64,000 nucleotides of DNA from Vitrella brassicaformis CCMP3155 (taxonomy: Eukaryota; Protista; Chromerida), in contig CDMY01000337.1 of NCBI GenBank assembly GCA_001179505.1, forward strand, positions 1 through 64,000. Direction: 5' to 3'. Shown here in pieces: positions 12,301 through 24,344 of the stretch. The notes beneath the pieces are model-generated. The model made no database searches. It saw only the letters and a list, made by a program, of their open reading frames with translations, and was not told where the DNA came from. The translations under genes were made by a program, and so were the position numbers. How positions within the stretch are numbered: the stretch's first letter is position 1; every line of letters starts with the position of its first letter.

Positions 12301-13168
12301 GACATCAACTGGCATGGTGGGGTCACCATGTCTGGTCGCGAGCATCTGTCGGTGTCCTCGCCGCTCGGCCGCGAGGGCGGCGTGGGCATGGGCATGGGCA
12401 TGGGCATGCGGCGGTCGTCCCGTGACAGGGACCGCTCGTGGGCCGATGTGGTGGCCGGGCGGGCGGAGGAGGGGGAGACCGACGAACACGACTACATCTT
12501 CCCCCACGACAATGGGGGCGACCGACGCGCATTTCCTCACGAGTATGGAGACCGTGGCCACCGCCGGCATGGGCCGTATGCGGAGCAGGATCAGCATGAC
12601 GGGGAGGAGGAGGGTACTGGTGGTGGTTCGGGCGGGAGTGGCGACATGCAGACGATAGACGAGGAGGAGAGCAAGGGGTTCTGGGGGTGGCTCATGGACA
12701 GCGAGTGGGGTGGGGGCGACTGGCCCACAGGCAGCCATGTCATGGTCAGTCAGTGAGGGTGGGCAGTCAAGTCAGTCAGTCAGATCGGGAGAAGAGCCGA
12801 CTCGTCATTTATTTCCCTTGCCTCACTCATCCCTCGTCCCTGCTCCCTCCCTCCCTCTGTGTGTGTGTTTCCGCCATCCATCCATTATACTGCAGACGGC
12901 ACTGATCATGGCGCTGCTGTTGCGCATAGTATGGGTGATTTACCGGGTGGTCATGAAGCACCTGGCGGCCCACCAAGCGGCCACCCATCCCGTCGACACG
13001 CCCGCACCAGGAGCAGCGGTTGGGGGGCCTGCGGGCGGCGGCGGGCTGTCCATGGCCATGGCGGTGGGCGAGGTGGCTTCATCGCCATCGGCGGTAGAGG
13101 TTAGTCCTGAGGGCCTGTTCTTTTGTCCCGCGTGGGACACCGGCTCCACCTCACCCGCATTCTTCTAG
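9326..13168 (+). CDS. Large, mostly disordered protein (G/R/D-rich) with a single predicted transmembrane helix near the C-terminus; function unknown
   Basis: MDTQN|VSTKAESEV… About 11 exons with coding-like codon use join at GT-AG sites; the last exon has TALIMALLLRIVWVIYRVVM. No recognisable domain. Confidence 0.7.
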
Positions 13169-14864
13169 CTAGCCTGTGTGTGCTGCAGGTAAATGAAGCA
13201 GTCAAGTCACCACGCAGACAGAGAAAGGCCATTTGCCCCTGCGTGTGAAGCATCGATGTGTGTCTGTTTTTCCTTGCAGCAGATTTCTCACGAACCACCT
13301 CTCCTCATCCGCAGTGATGGCAGCCGCGACAGATGAGGTGCGTCAAGTGAGGAGTGTGGCGGTGCCTGCCTAGTTGTGTTTGTAAGGTTAGTGGGCCGGC
13401 TGGCTGGCTGGCTGGCTGACTGGCCGTCACGATGGATGCATGGCCGACATACCATAGCGGGTAGGCAGATGAGGACCGACGATCGATGACGTACTACCTG
13501 CATAGAGAGACAGAGACAGAGACAGAGACAGGGGTGGGTTAGGTGCGGGTGGGTGGGTGGTGAGATGGTACTCGCTCGATGCTGCTGCGTTGCGTTGCGT
13601 TGCGTTGCGTTGCGTGTGAATACTCGGAAGCTTCGCGGGGCAGTTGGATGGCTAGACGTGTGTATACGTATGTCAATTCATAGCTATCTATGCCGCCCCA
13701 TGCATGCGGTCCGGTCCACTTACTCATCCACCTTTTGCAGACGGATGGATGGATGGATGTAACTAGACGAGACGACAGAGACAGCCAGCAGACAGAAACG
13801 CATTCATTCTGTGTCTGTCTGCCCATTGTCCACCGACTGTATTACGACCGTCGGGGATGAATGGTGGATCGGATCAGCAGCTGACTGATGCCATGCATGC
13901 CACACTCTGTACAGACAGACAGACAGACAGACAGGACAGACGGGCAGGCTTACCTACCGGTACCTCTCTGCCTGCAACCTGCCTAGCCGCTGCTACCAGA
14001 CAGACAGACAAGGATCGGTGGTGTGACCGGTCACTAGTCGTCTCTCGGTCCGGTTCGCTCGGTTGACACGTCGATCTTGTTGGCGCTCAGCACACCACTC
14101 GTCGGCCGGTGTTTTGAGCAGCAACAGCGTCGTGTGTGTTGGCCGAGCCACCGGACGGGCCACTCACTGCAGGTCAGGTGTGTGGCGACCGGTCTGGTCT
14201 CTAGCTAGTGTGTGTTGTGTAGAATTGGAGGATGATGGAGTGGCTCAGATGAACATTGTGGTTAGCGGCTACCTGCCTTCCTGACGGCTGTCTGTCTATC
14301 TCTTTGTTTCTTTCTCTGAGGGCCTCTTGACGTGATTGATAGCTATGTAGCTAGCTAGCCAGCTAGGATGGCCGGACTAATGCCTTAATTGTGCAATCAA
14401 CCAACAATGACTACTTGAACGGACCAAGGAAACACACACACCGGAACCAGACATACATCTTTCCCATTGCAGGGATGGATGGCTTGTTCCACCAGCGAGT
14501 CCACAGAGAGAACCGAGACACCAAGAGACAGACACCGGATGATTTATTTCTCGCCAGAGGCTGATGGTCGTGAAACCGATGGCTCTCGTTGGAAGCATCC
14601 ATCCCGCAGGTCAGCGATCCTCTCGCCCTAACAAACGCACAGCAAGGCAGGCAGAGAGAGTAGTCCAATGACGAACGCATGCCAGCCAGCCGACCGGCCA
14701 AAGAGCAAGCAAGAGACCCCCCCTCCCCCAGGCCTCCATCCATCCATCCATCCCTCCCTCCACTGTACACACGCACTAACTATTGACACACAGCGAGCCC
14801 CCAATTGTGACACACACGCGTGTGGTGCTTTCCTATCCACCACCCGCCAGCACCGAGATATATA

Positions 14865-15609
14865 TCACACCCATACTAATACCCACACCCCACGTGTCTG
14901 TCGTGTCTGCCGCCTCATTTGGCCGCCCGTCACTGCTCCGCAAGCACGTAGCCCGCATCTCTGCACACACACCAGCACCATGACAGGACAGAAGCCAACC
15001 AGTTTGTACCAAGCGTGGCAGTCAGTTGTGTGTGCGCTTGCGTACTGGTCGATCATCTTCTCGACATACTCCTCCAACTCCCCCTTGGCAAAATCGTGTG
15101 CCGACAAGCTCTCGACTAGCTTATCCAACCTGCAACACCACCACCGCACCACCACACACCACCACACACAACACCACACACACAACCAATGTGCAGTTGC
15201 GTCGTCATGGCCAGCTGTGCCTTCATTCACTCATCTGCGCCACTCACTCCACTCACTTGTCGAGTATCTGCTCGGATCTCTGCTTGAAGGCCTCGAAGGC
15301 GCCCTGCCGTGAGTGGTCCAGCAGCTTGCGAAACGCCGCCCGCTGCTGCTCCTTGTGCATGCGCCTGACTACGAGAGCCATGATGCTGGCGGCCGCCTCC
15401 ATGCGCTTGGCCTGATGCCGCACCACCTGCACCCCCAGGATCGTCGTGAAGCGCACGATGGCATTCCACCCCTTGGCGTCGTGCTGGGGAGGGAGAGGGA
15501 CGGGGTGGAGACCCTCAAAGGCGGGATCATGAGGCGCACTCGACTCGGGCAGGACGGCATGGACCAAGTGAGGCGGCAGCTGGTGGTAATACTCATACTG
15601 GTCCTGCAT
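14865..15609 (-). CDS. Unknown helical protein, at least 2 exons; 3' end uncertain
   Basis: MQDQYEYYHQLPPHL…EAAASIMALVVRRMHKEQQRAAFRKLLDH…EQILDK|LDKLVESLSAHDFAKGELEEYVEKMIDQY; head-to-head with SmG. Confidence 0.6.
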
Positions 15610-15664
15610 GATAGCTATCTTACGGCATCCGCGGCCCAACGCAACGCTTCACCCCAGCAGCTGC

Positions 15665-15698
15665 TCAGGGTTAGGGTTCAAGGGTTTAGGGTTTGAGG
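15665..15698 (+). repeat. Five degenerate telomere-like units (TCAGGG TTAGGG TTCAAGGG TTTAGGG TTTGAGG) including an exact telo-box (TAGGGTTT, 15687-15694)
   Basis: Read directly; lies in the 111-bp spacer between divergent ATGs at 15609 and 15721. Confidence 0.75.
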
Positions 15699-15720
15699 AA
15701 GGCCCAAAAGGATCAGCGGG

Positions 15721-16121
15721 ATGGCGTCAGCAGGCAAGGCAGGGCCTGGTGCCGACCTCAGGAAGTTCATGGACAGAAGACTCGACAGTAAGCAACGACA
15801 CACACACCACATGTGCAGCAGGATCTGACCTGGCACTCACCGCTCTCTCTGCGCGTGTGTGTTGTTTTGTTTGTGTGTGTGTTGTGTGTGTTGTGTGTGT
15901 CTGTTGTCTGTCCGGTTTGTTGGTCTATCTGCTTATTATCAGTTCGTCTGAACGCGAATCGGCACGTGATAGGCGTGCTGCGGGGGTACGACCAGTTCAT
16001 GAACATCGTGCTGGACAACACCGTCGAGGTGGTGTCGCCGACCGAGAAGCACGACATCGGCATGGTCGTCATCAGGGGAGCCAGCATCAGCATGTGGGAG
16101 TGCCTCGACAAAGTCAAGTAG
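15721..16121 (+). CDS. SNRPG: Spliceosomal Sm protein G, 2 exons (15721-15787, 15943-16121)
   Basis: MASAGKAGPGADLRKFMDRRLDIRLNANRHVIGVLRGYDQFMNIVLDNTVE…IGMVVIRGASISMWECLDKVK has the Sm1 and Sm2 motifs of SmG. Confidence 0.95.
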
Positions 16122-16785
16122 CTGAGCTGACCTCCGCAGACGGGGTGATTGATGGACGAGTGGCTGAGTGGGTGCGGTGCATGACCGTCGTGAGCTTGGC
16201 GGGAGCCTCGCCGGAAGGGTGTTCATATCCTTCCCTTGCGGCCGGGTCTTCGTCAGGCGCATGATGCCCGCCTCTGCCTGCCGACCCGCTCGTCTGTCTG
16301 TCTGTCTGTTACCTCTCTCTGAGTAAAGCTCTGGTTCTCTCTCGCTTGTTTGTCTGTCTGTCTGTCTATCTCTGACGCCTATCTGCCTGACTGTCTGTCT
16401 GCCTGACCCTGCATGCCAGTCGATAGATCACCCTGCTGCGTATAGCCTGTACATGTGTGGTGCATGCATCCCATCCCCACACCACACCACACGGCCATGG
16501 CTGGTGATGACACGCAGAATCCCTTCCTTCCTCTGTGCCCCTCTGTGGCTGTCACACACAGTGCTGTCTGGACAAAGGGATATCTATTGAAATGCTGGAC
16601 GTGCTCTCGTGTGCATCATGCATGATGCGTGTGTGTGAATGAACCATGACGGACGTGTGGCTGTGAATGTCTGTCTGCCTGTCTGCCTGTCTGCCTGTCT
16701 GGTTCCAGTGCTGCTCGCTCATTGCAAATCAGAGCGCATGCACACACATCCACATAGACAGGTGCGCCCCGGGAGATACACACCC

Positions 16786-16794
16786 TGCGAGCTT
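16786..16794 (+). promoter_or_regulatory. TGCGAGCTT motif about 172 bp upstream of the DCN1 ATG
   Basis: Exact match to recurrent TGCGAGCTW. Confidence 0.4.
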
Positions 16795-16966
16795 AGATTG
16801 CTAGGGGAAAGGTGCTAAGAAGGGCGAGGCGCAAGGAGTGAGTGGATGTGAGTGAGCATTTCCTTCCACCACAGTGGAGTTGAAGTGCCTGTCGTCTTTC
16901 GTCAAGCTCTTCTTCTGCTGGTGCCACAGAGAGGCACCACGACACACCAACGCAGATACCGCTGCC

Positions 16967-18218
16967 ATGGTATATGAGCAGGCCGGCGACAGAGACGCAC
17001 AGCACATCATCACACAGAATGATCTTCATCGCATCTCTCTCTGTGTTGGCTCTTCTGCATGGGCGTGTTGTGTTGTGTGCCCGTCTTGTGTGTGTGCGCG
17101 CATGGCGTGGCGTAGAACAAGGCGCAGCGGGAGAAGGTGACTCAGTTCCAGAATGTGACGGGGGCGCCGCAGAAGGTGGCCAATGACTACCTTAAACGAT
17201 TCAGCTGGTGCGCCGCACTCTGAAATGCACCAGAAGGTCTGATCTCATGACTGACATAACATGCTTGTCTGTATGATTAGGTCCCTCGACCAGGCTGTGG
17301 ACAATTTCTTTGCTGAAGGTGCGTGAGTGGGGGTGTGTGCAGAGAGGTGCAAAGATGGGTGGGTGGATGGATAGCCAGGCACCAAGTATGTGCAGACGGG
17401 GGGGACATGCCTTTCTGTCTGTCTGTGTGTCTGTCTGTCTGTCTGCAGGCAATTCCTTTTCGGCCAAGAACCCCAAGACGGACACAAAGAAACTCGAGAA
17501 CTTCTTCAAGAAATACAAAGGTAACCAACCACACAGACAGACCAGCCAGCACGAAGGATGCAACACACATACAGAGAAAGCTTTGCTCTCCTTGCCTGTG
17601 TGTGTGTGTGTCAGAGAACGACCCGAATGCGATGGAGGAGCACATCGGCATCGACGGCACCCAGCAGCTGTGCAAAGACATCGGTCGGTATGCACGCAGC
17701 CAGGCAGCCAGGCAGAGGCAATAAAGGAAACATCACGCACATATCGGTGTCGCTCTTGTGTGCACGTCTGTCTGTTAGGGGTGGAGGTGAGTGATCCCGT
17801 CACCCTGGTGCTGGGCTACCACTGCGGCGCCAAGAACATGGGTACGTCTGGCGGTCGTGTGCGCGCCTGGCCGGCCGGCCGCGCAATCGTGCATGCCACG
17901 CCTATGCTGGCTGTGTGACTGTGTGGGCGGCACTAACAGGTGTGTTTACGAAGGACGAGTTCACCAAGGGCATGAACGCACTCGGGTGAGCAGCTGAGCC
18001 CGTCGGGGTAGGCACTGGCCTACAGGTAGCGTGGCCGGCTGCACTATGTCTGTGTGTGTGTGTGTGTGGTTGATCGATCAGTGTTGATTCGGTGGAGAGG
18101 TTGAGGGACAAGCTGCCAGAGATGCGGGCGACACTCAAGGTCAGCCAGCCAGCCAGCAAAGCGAAGCGAAGCGTGCGTGTGGGTGGGTGCATGCCTGTGT
18201 TGCTGTGTGTGTCGTTTC

Positions 18219-18259
<41 letters not shown>

Positions 18260-19061
18260 GTAGGAGAGGGTTCGCTGCAAGGACATCTACGGCTTCACCT
18301 TTCAGTTCGCACTCGACCAGGGACAGCGCACCCTACGTAATCGTCAACCGAAGACGCACACCACACAAACATATGTAGAGGTGTCCGTGTGCTGTGTGTG
18401 TGTGTGTGTGTGTGCAGCGCTTGAGATGTGTGTTGAGTTCTGGAAGATGCTGCTGCGGTGAGTGAGCGAGGCGCCTACGGACGAAAGACCCAACACATCT
18501 CTCTCTCTGTCTGTGGACATTTCTCTCTCTGTGCCAACACATCATCTCTGTCTGTGTCAGGGACCATTTCACCCTTCTGGACGACTGGCTCGAGTTCGTC
18601 AAGGTACACATACACACACATCCACACTCAGAGCCAGCCGGACAAGTGACCTCTGTGTGTGTGTGGGCGTGTCTGTGGGTGGCAGGATCACTGCAAGAAC
18701 AACGTCACCAAGGACACCTGGATGGTGTGTACGTGTCTGCCGACGGTGGATGGAGCTCACAGAGAAGAGCAGGCACACGTGTGTATGTGTGTGTGTGTGT
18801 GTGTTGGTGCAGATGTTGTACGACCTGGCGACCACCATCAGCCCCGACCTCTCCAACTACGACGGAGACGGTACGCGCAGCGCATCGCATCGACCCACGC
18901 GCACACCCACCAGCGCGCAAAAACCTGATGGTCCATCCATCCATCCATCCATGGTGTCTGTCTGTCTGAATGGATCAGGTGCGTGGCCTGTGCTGATTGA
19001 CGAGTTTGTCGAGTGGTGGAACGAAAACAAGAAGAACCAAGACACCTCCATGAGCGAATGA
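16967..19061 (+). CDS. DCN1: DCN1-like cullin neddylation E3 (UBA-like plus PONY domain), about 13 short exons, first exon is the ATG only
   Basis: M|NKAQREKVTQFQNVTGA…DYLKRFSW…AVDNFF…IGIDGTQQLCKDI|GVEVSDPVTLVLGYH…FTKDEF…YGFTFQFA…FWKMLL…LDDWLEFV…VTKDTWM…DLSNYDGD|GAWPVLIDEFVEW. Confidence 0.93.
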
Positions 19062-19470
19062 CGCACGCACCCAGCACCACACCCACCCACATGGATGGAT
19101 GGATGAACACACGCAAGCACACACGCTCACACACGTCGGTGGCGCAACAGATAGGACAGACAGACAGACGATGTGATACTTTTTGACCGTTGGTGGATCG
19201 GATCCTGGAGGGGTGGATGGCTGGTCTGTCTGTCTGTAAATTACGTGTTTGCGTGCGTTTGTTTGCCCTTGTGTTGGTGTGTGTGTTTGTCCGTTTTCGT
19301 GCCGTTGAGACAGACAGACATACAGACATACATGTTATGTGTCTGACTGCCTGTCTAGCTATCCGTAAAGCCAGCCGCATTCATTGTGTCCGACAACATC
19401 ACATCAATCAGAGAGCCGAGTCACGTCACAAACAAACAGACAAACACGCCTCCATCCATCCATCCATCCG

Positions 19471-22400
19471 TCAGGTCCTACCACCCACCAGCACACGCCC
19501 CTCTCCCCTCTCCCCCACCGTCTGTGTCTGTTTCGCCCTCTCCCTCTCCCTGCCCATCAGCCTGTCGACCAGCTGGTGCCTGCTGCCCGACACCGTCAGC
19601 CCCTCCCCCCGGCACATCTCGCGGAGCTCTTCTATCGACCTCTCACCCAGCCATGACGCACTCCACGGGCCATCTGGGATGGACACAGACACAGGCGCCG
19701 GCCGCGAGAGTGAGGCTGGGGGGCCGGGGGCCTCTGCGGGTGAGAAAGCCGCCCTCATGTGCCTCCAGATGTCGTCCCGCCCGTGTCGAGTCTTCTTGGC
19801 TGCCGACGAGGTGATGATGGGCGGCAGGTGGGATGCCGGCCACCCGCCCCGGCTTGTGAGGCACTCGACGGTCTGCTCCACGGCCTTTTTCACAGACGTC
19901 TCGCGGTAGCCGATCTTGTCGACCTTGGTCAGAACCACCACATAAGCAAACCGCTGAGACGCCGGCCGCTCGTCAAGGGCCTCACGCACCTGGTATACAC
20001 ACACACAGCACGTGTGTCAAAACAAACATGGTGCAAACAACAAGTGAAGTGCGTCTGGGTCCGCACCATGTTCATGAGAGTGACGTCGGTGTTCATGGGT
20101 GGCCTCCGTGAGTCGATGAGGTGGAAGACCACCCGCAGCGACTCCCGCACCCGGAAGTACCGCTCATGCAGGCCTCGCCACGAGTCCTGCATGCCCCTGC
20201 TGACGTTCTCGGCGAAGCCCATCCCCGGCACGTCCACCAGGTAGAACTCAGGCCGGCCGTCTGTGCGGTTGCGGTTGCACCGGTAGTAGTCGAACGTGCG
20301 CGTGTGGCCGGCGGTCTCGGAGGTGCTGGCGAGCTGCTTGCGGTTGAGCACCATGTTGACCAGAGACGACTTGCCCACATTGGATCGACCCACAAACACC
20401 ACCTGCATGCCATCCCAGCACACAGACGCATGCCATGCATGGGTGTCTTTCGGTCCTCTGTGTACCGTATACCTCAGGTATGGGTCGTTCGGGAGTGGGG
20501 AGGTCAGCCATGGCGGCACAGCTCTTCTCGAAGTCGACGCCCGCCACGACTGCCTGCACGATGGCCTCATAGGTGTCGTGGTTGGGCGTCAGGTCGGCCT
20601 CGGCCATCATGTCCAGCACGGTGAACACACCACCCACCACACCACCAGCACGACCGCACTCCCTGGATACCATCCAGCGAAGCGCAGCAGTGTCAACTAT
20701 GCCCGCAAGCCGCGTGTGTGACCTATGCGTGAGTGCACCAGTCAGTCACCTGATGAGTGTGTTGAGAATGTCGAGTGTCGGCGCTGCGTCGCCTCGGCGG
20801 ATTCGGGAGAGCACCTCATCCAGCACGGCTACTGCGTCCTCGATCGACCCTCGCTGCGGACATACAATACACAGTACAAGGAGAGAGAGACAGGGCACAG
20901 ACAGACAACCAAAGCTCCTCTCCTCTCCCCTTAATTCCCTGCCTGCCTGCCACCAACCCACCCACCCACCTTGAGCATGGCGATGGCGATCTGCGGCAAG
21001 ACCAGGTCAGCACACTCGACCCCCGTCTCACCCAGAACACCCATCAGCTCCCGTGCCACCGCCACACCATTGATCGCCTCGCGCCAATCCAGCTCCAGCT
21101 CCCTTTCATCCTCCTCGTCTATGTCTGGCGGATGGATCTCTTGCTGCGTGCATGCGGCCCAGGCGAGAGCGATGGTGATGTTGCGGGGCACCAGGGGACC
21201 CAGCATGGTGGCAGTGGTGGTGCGGTGGGCCGCCAGCCGCTGTCTGTGGAAAGCGTAGGCCAGGTCCACACGGCCAGCCCGGATGAGGAAACGGACTATC
21301 TGCGATGGACCCAACGATGGATGGAACAACAGGACATGCATGACGCTCACGCTCGGCTCGGCTCGGCTCCAGTGTGTGCGTGTGTGTGGCCCCCACCCTG
21401 GCGTAGATCCACTCGAATGCGATCCTAGACGCTTTGAAGAGCTCTTCCTCGTCGTCATCAGCATTGTCCTCATCCTCTGCTCCCGTTGCCTCCCCGCCGT
21501 CGTCCATGTCTTGCCTGGCGGCGTCGGTGAGTCGTCCCTCGCTGTCGAAGTCCTCCAGTATGTCCGACAGGATGGCGGTGCCCAGCAGATACAGACCCTC
21601 GGCGTCATCCGACCGCTCCATCCTGATCGATGATGGATGCACAAAGGGGAGACACACAGACATTGATTGGATTGGATTGGATTGGGGTGGGGGTTGGGTG
21701 GCTCATGCAATGCATTCATGTGTCGGCCGCTCGCTTACTCCTTGACCTCTTGCTTCCAGTCGGGTGGCACGAGCCTCGACGGCTCCACGCTCTCCGCCCA
21801 GCTCTCATCCTCTGCCCCTGCCCCTTCAGCCCCGTCCTCATCCATGTCCCTGTCATACGCGACTCGACCTATCAGCCTGTCTAGTGCGTCACCCTGGCCC
21901 CCCTCTGCACCCTGCTGCTGCCGATCTTCTCCTCTGGTGGTCCTCTCGTCGTGTTTGACGACCTTCAAGATGCCCAGCTTAACCAGGTCAATGTCATCTC
22001 CCGTGCTGGCATCTGTGGGGCTGGCGGGGACGGCCTCGGCCTGGCAGTGAGGGAGATAACGAAACAAAGGTGTGCTGTGGTGTGGTGGGGTGGGGCGTGC
22101 TTTGCTGTGTTGTGTGTATTGCGTGTCGCCTGTTAAGGCTTAAGCGCTTACGTCAGGTGATGGTGGGAGCCCGAGTGACTCCCGTATCCTGGCCTTGCTG
22201 CGGAGGGCCTCGGGAGACGACCTCAAGTGCTCCAGCAGTGCTTGTGGGTCGCCAGACACGGTGAACGTCCCCATCTCGTCCTCGCTCTCTGCAAAGGGAC
22301 CCAGGTCCGCACCCGACACACCGCCAGCCTGCTCCTGCCCAGCCTTGCGAATCGCACGCAGCCGGGCCATGCCGTCCTCTTGGTGGCTCTCCATCTCTGG

Positions 22401-24145
22401 GTGCTGCCCTAGTGGGTGTGCGCGGAGGGCTGTGCGGGGGAAGGGCCGCTCCTCGGGGTGGTCGAGGGAAAGGGGGCGATCGTCATGGGCGGGAACAGTG
22501 CTGGTGGTGGCGGTGGTGGTGTCGATGTTGACATCCAAATCGTCTTGGTCCGATTGTTCGAACCAGAAGACCTCACCGTCACCGTCTGACACACATCCAT
22601 CCATCCATTTACATTCACGTCCACAGAAACACCACCACACCCCTCTGTGTGTTCGTCTGGGGCGATGCAGGGTATGGGTATGGGTGTGTGGGCGTACGTT
22701 GCTCCAGGTTCTGTTTGAGTAGTTCCAGCTGTTCGGGCGCCAGGTCGACAGGTGCCAGTTCGCCGTCTGGCGTGTAAAGCTGCCCGTCTTCGCCCAGGTA
22801 GAGGTCGATTGGCTCCTCCTCGCTGTCGTCCCAGTACTCGCCTTCCTTCTCCCCCTCCTCACCGGACTCGTCCCCCACCATCTGCTCCTCTCCGCCTTGC
22901 TCATCTTCCGGCTCTTCAAGGTCCTCGATGAGAAATTTCATGTCGCCCACATCCAGCTTCTTGTCCTCCACAGCCTTCATTATCACTGCATGAGATGAGC
23001 AGCAGGCAGCCAACGGAGGAGATATCAATCCTCAGTGAGGAAGTCAATGGGATGACTGGGCAGTGGGGCAGTGGGGTGGTTGGTTGGGNNNNNNNNNNNN
23101 NNNNNNNNNNNNNNNNNNNNNNNNNNNNNNNNNNNNNNNNNNNNNNNNNNNNNNNNNNNNNNNNNNNNNNNNNNNNNNNNNNNNNNNNNNNNNNNNNNNN
23201 NNNNNNNNNNNNNNNNNNNNNNNNNNNNNNNNNNNNNNNNNNNNNNNNNNNNNNNNNNNNNNNNNNNNNNNNNNNNNNNNNNNNNNNNNNNNNNNNNNNN
23301 NNNNNNNNNNNNNNNNNNNNNNNNNNNNNNNNNNNNNNNNNNNNNNNNNNNNNNNNNNNNNNNNNNNNNNNNNNNNNNNNNNNNNNNNGTGCACTGCACG
23401 TACCTCTGTTGAACACAGGGTCATTGGAGTAGACCTGCTGCTCGGTCCCCTCGAGCACCTGCTTCCAGAACTTGAGGATGGCGTCCGGACAGGTGCTCTC
23501 CGTGTGGCTGGACCAGTCACCGTACTCAGCCCACGAACTGTACCCGACAGGAGGCGCCACCTCCCCCTCCTCTTGCCCATCAGGCTGCTCGTCCCCCGCC
23601 TCGTCTTCCAAAGCCTCCTGATCCTGCAGATCTTCCAACGCCATGCCCGTCTGCAGGGCGTAGAGGCTCGCCGTGTCAAACGGCACCTGAGATGGGGGAG
23701 GGGTCTGATTGATGAAGGAAGGACCACAGACAAGACAACAAGCAAACAAACAAACGGATCGACAAGGCAGCCTACCTGTACAATCGTGTGTGTGGTTGAG
23801 TGCGGACAGAGCGGTGCTTACGGGCTTGTCGTGTCGCCTGCGGAATGCCCTGCTGGCCTCCGACCGAGTGCCCTTCTTCTGAATGGTGATGTCGTCGAAC
23901 GAGGCCGAATGCCTCGCTGATCCATCCGCGCCTCCACTCGAGTGCCAGATCACATCACGGGACCGCCTGCGGTGGTGACAGGAGCTGCTGCAAGGCGGGC
24001 GGATGAATCGCTGCGCACGGCTGACGGGGGAAGGGGGACTTGGGAAGCCGCGAAAGCACTCCACGATGGAGATGCAGAGCAAGCTCCAGACAAGGCCGGC
24101 CGTGGCGACGAGGCGCGATGAGAAGCAGTGCAGCAGCAGGCTCAT
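19471..24145 (-). CDS. Predicted plastid-targeted fusion: signal/transit peptide, acidic region, PPR-like repeats, EngB/YihA (YsxC) GTPase, SAP domain; spans an assembly gap
   Basis: G1 GRSNVGKS (about 20367-20390), G3 DVPG, G4 TKVD, VFHLIDSR. PPR-like VFTVLDMMAEADLTPNHDTYEAIVQA and IEDAVAVLDEVL…PTLDILNTLI. SAP-like SIEELREMCRGEGLTVSGSRHQLVDRL (about 19558-19638). Hydrophobic N-terminus LVATAGLVWSLLCISIVECF. About 11 exons. Confidence 0.82.
23089..23388. other. Assembly gap (300 N) in an intron of the PPR-EngB gene
   Basis: Run of N. Confidence 0.99.
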
Positions 24146-24282
24146 CTTCCACGAGAAATGGCGAGATCAGCTAGATCAGCGGCGCATTCATTCATACATC
24201 GACCGTCTGGCTTCGTTGGCACACCACACCACCTTGCAGGCTCCACCTTTCAAAGTGCACAAACCGGCGTTCGCACTCTTTG

Positions 24283-24291
24283 TGCGAGCTT
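24283..24291 (+). promoter_or_regulatory. TGCGAGCTT motif in the 199-bp bidirectional spacer between the PPR-EngB gene and NOP53
   Basis: Exact match; 53 bp upstream of the NOP53 ATG. Confidence 0.5.
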
Positions 24292-24344
24292 GAGGCCAGG
24301 GCGTTGGAGAATTGGTCTCCTCAGTTGCTTCGAGATTCAGGAAT

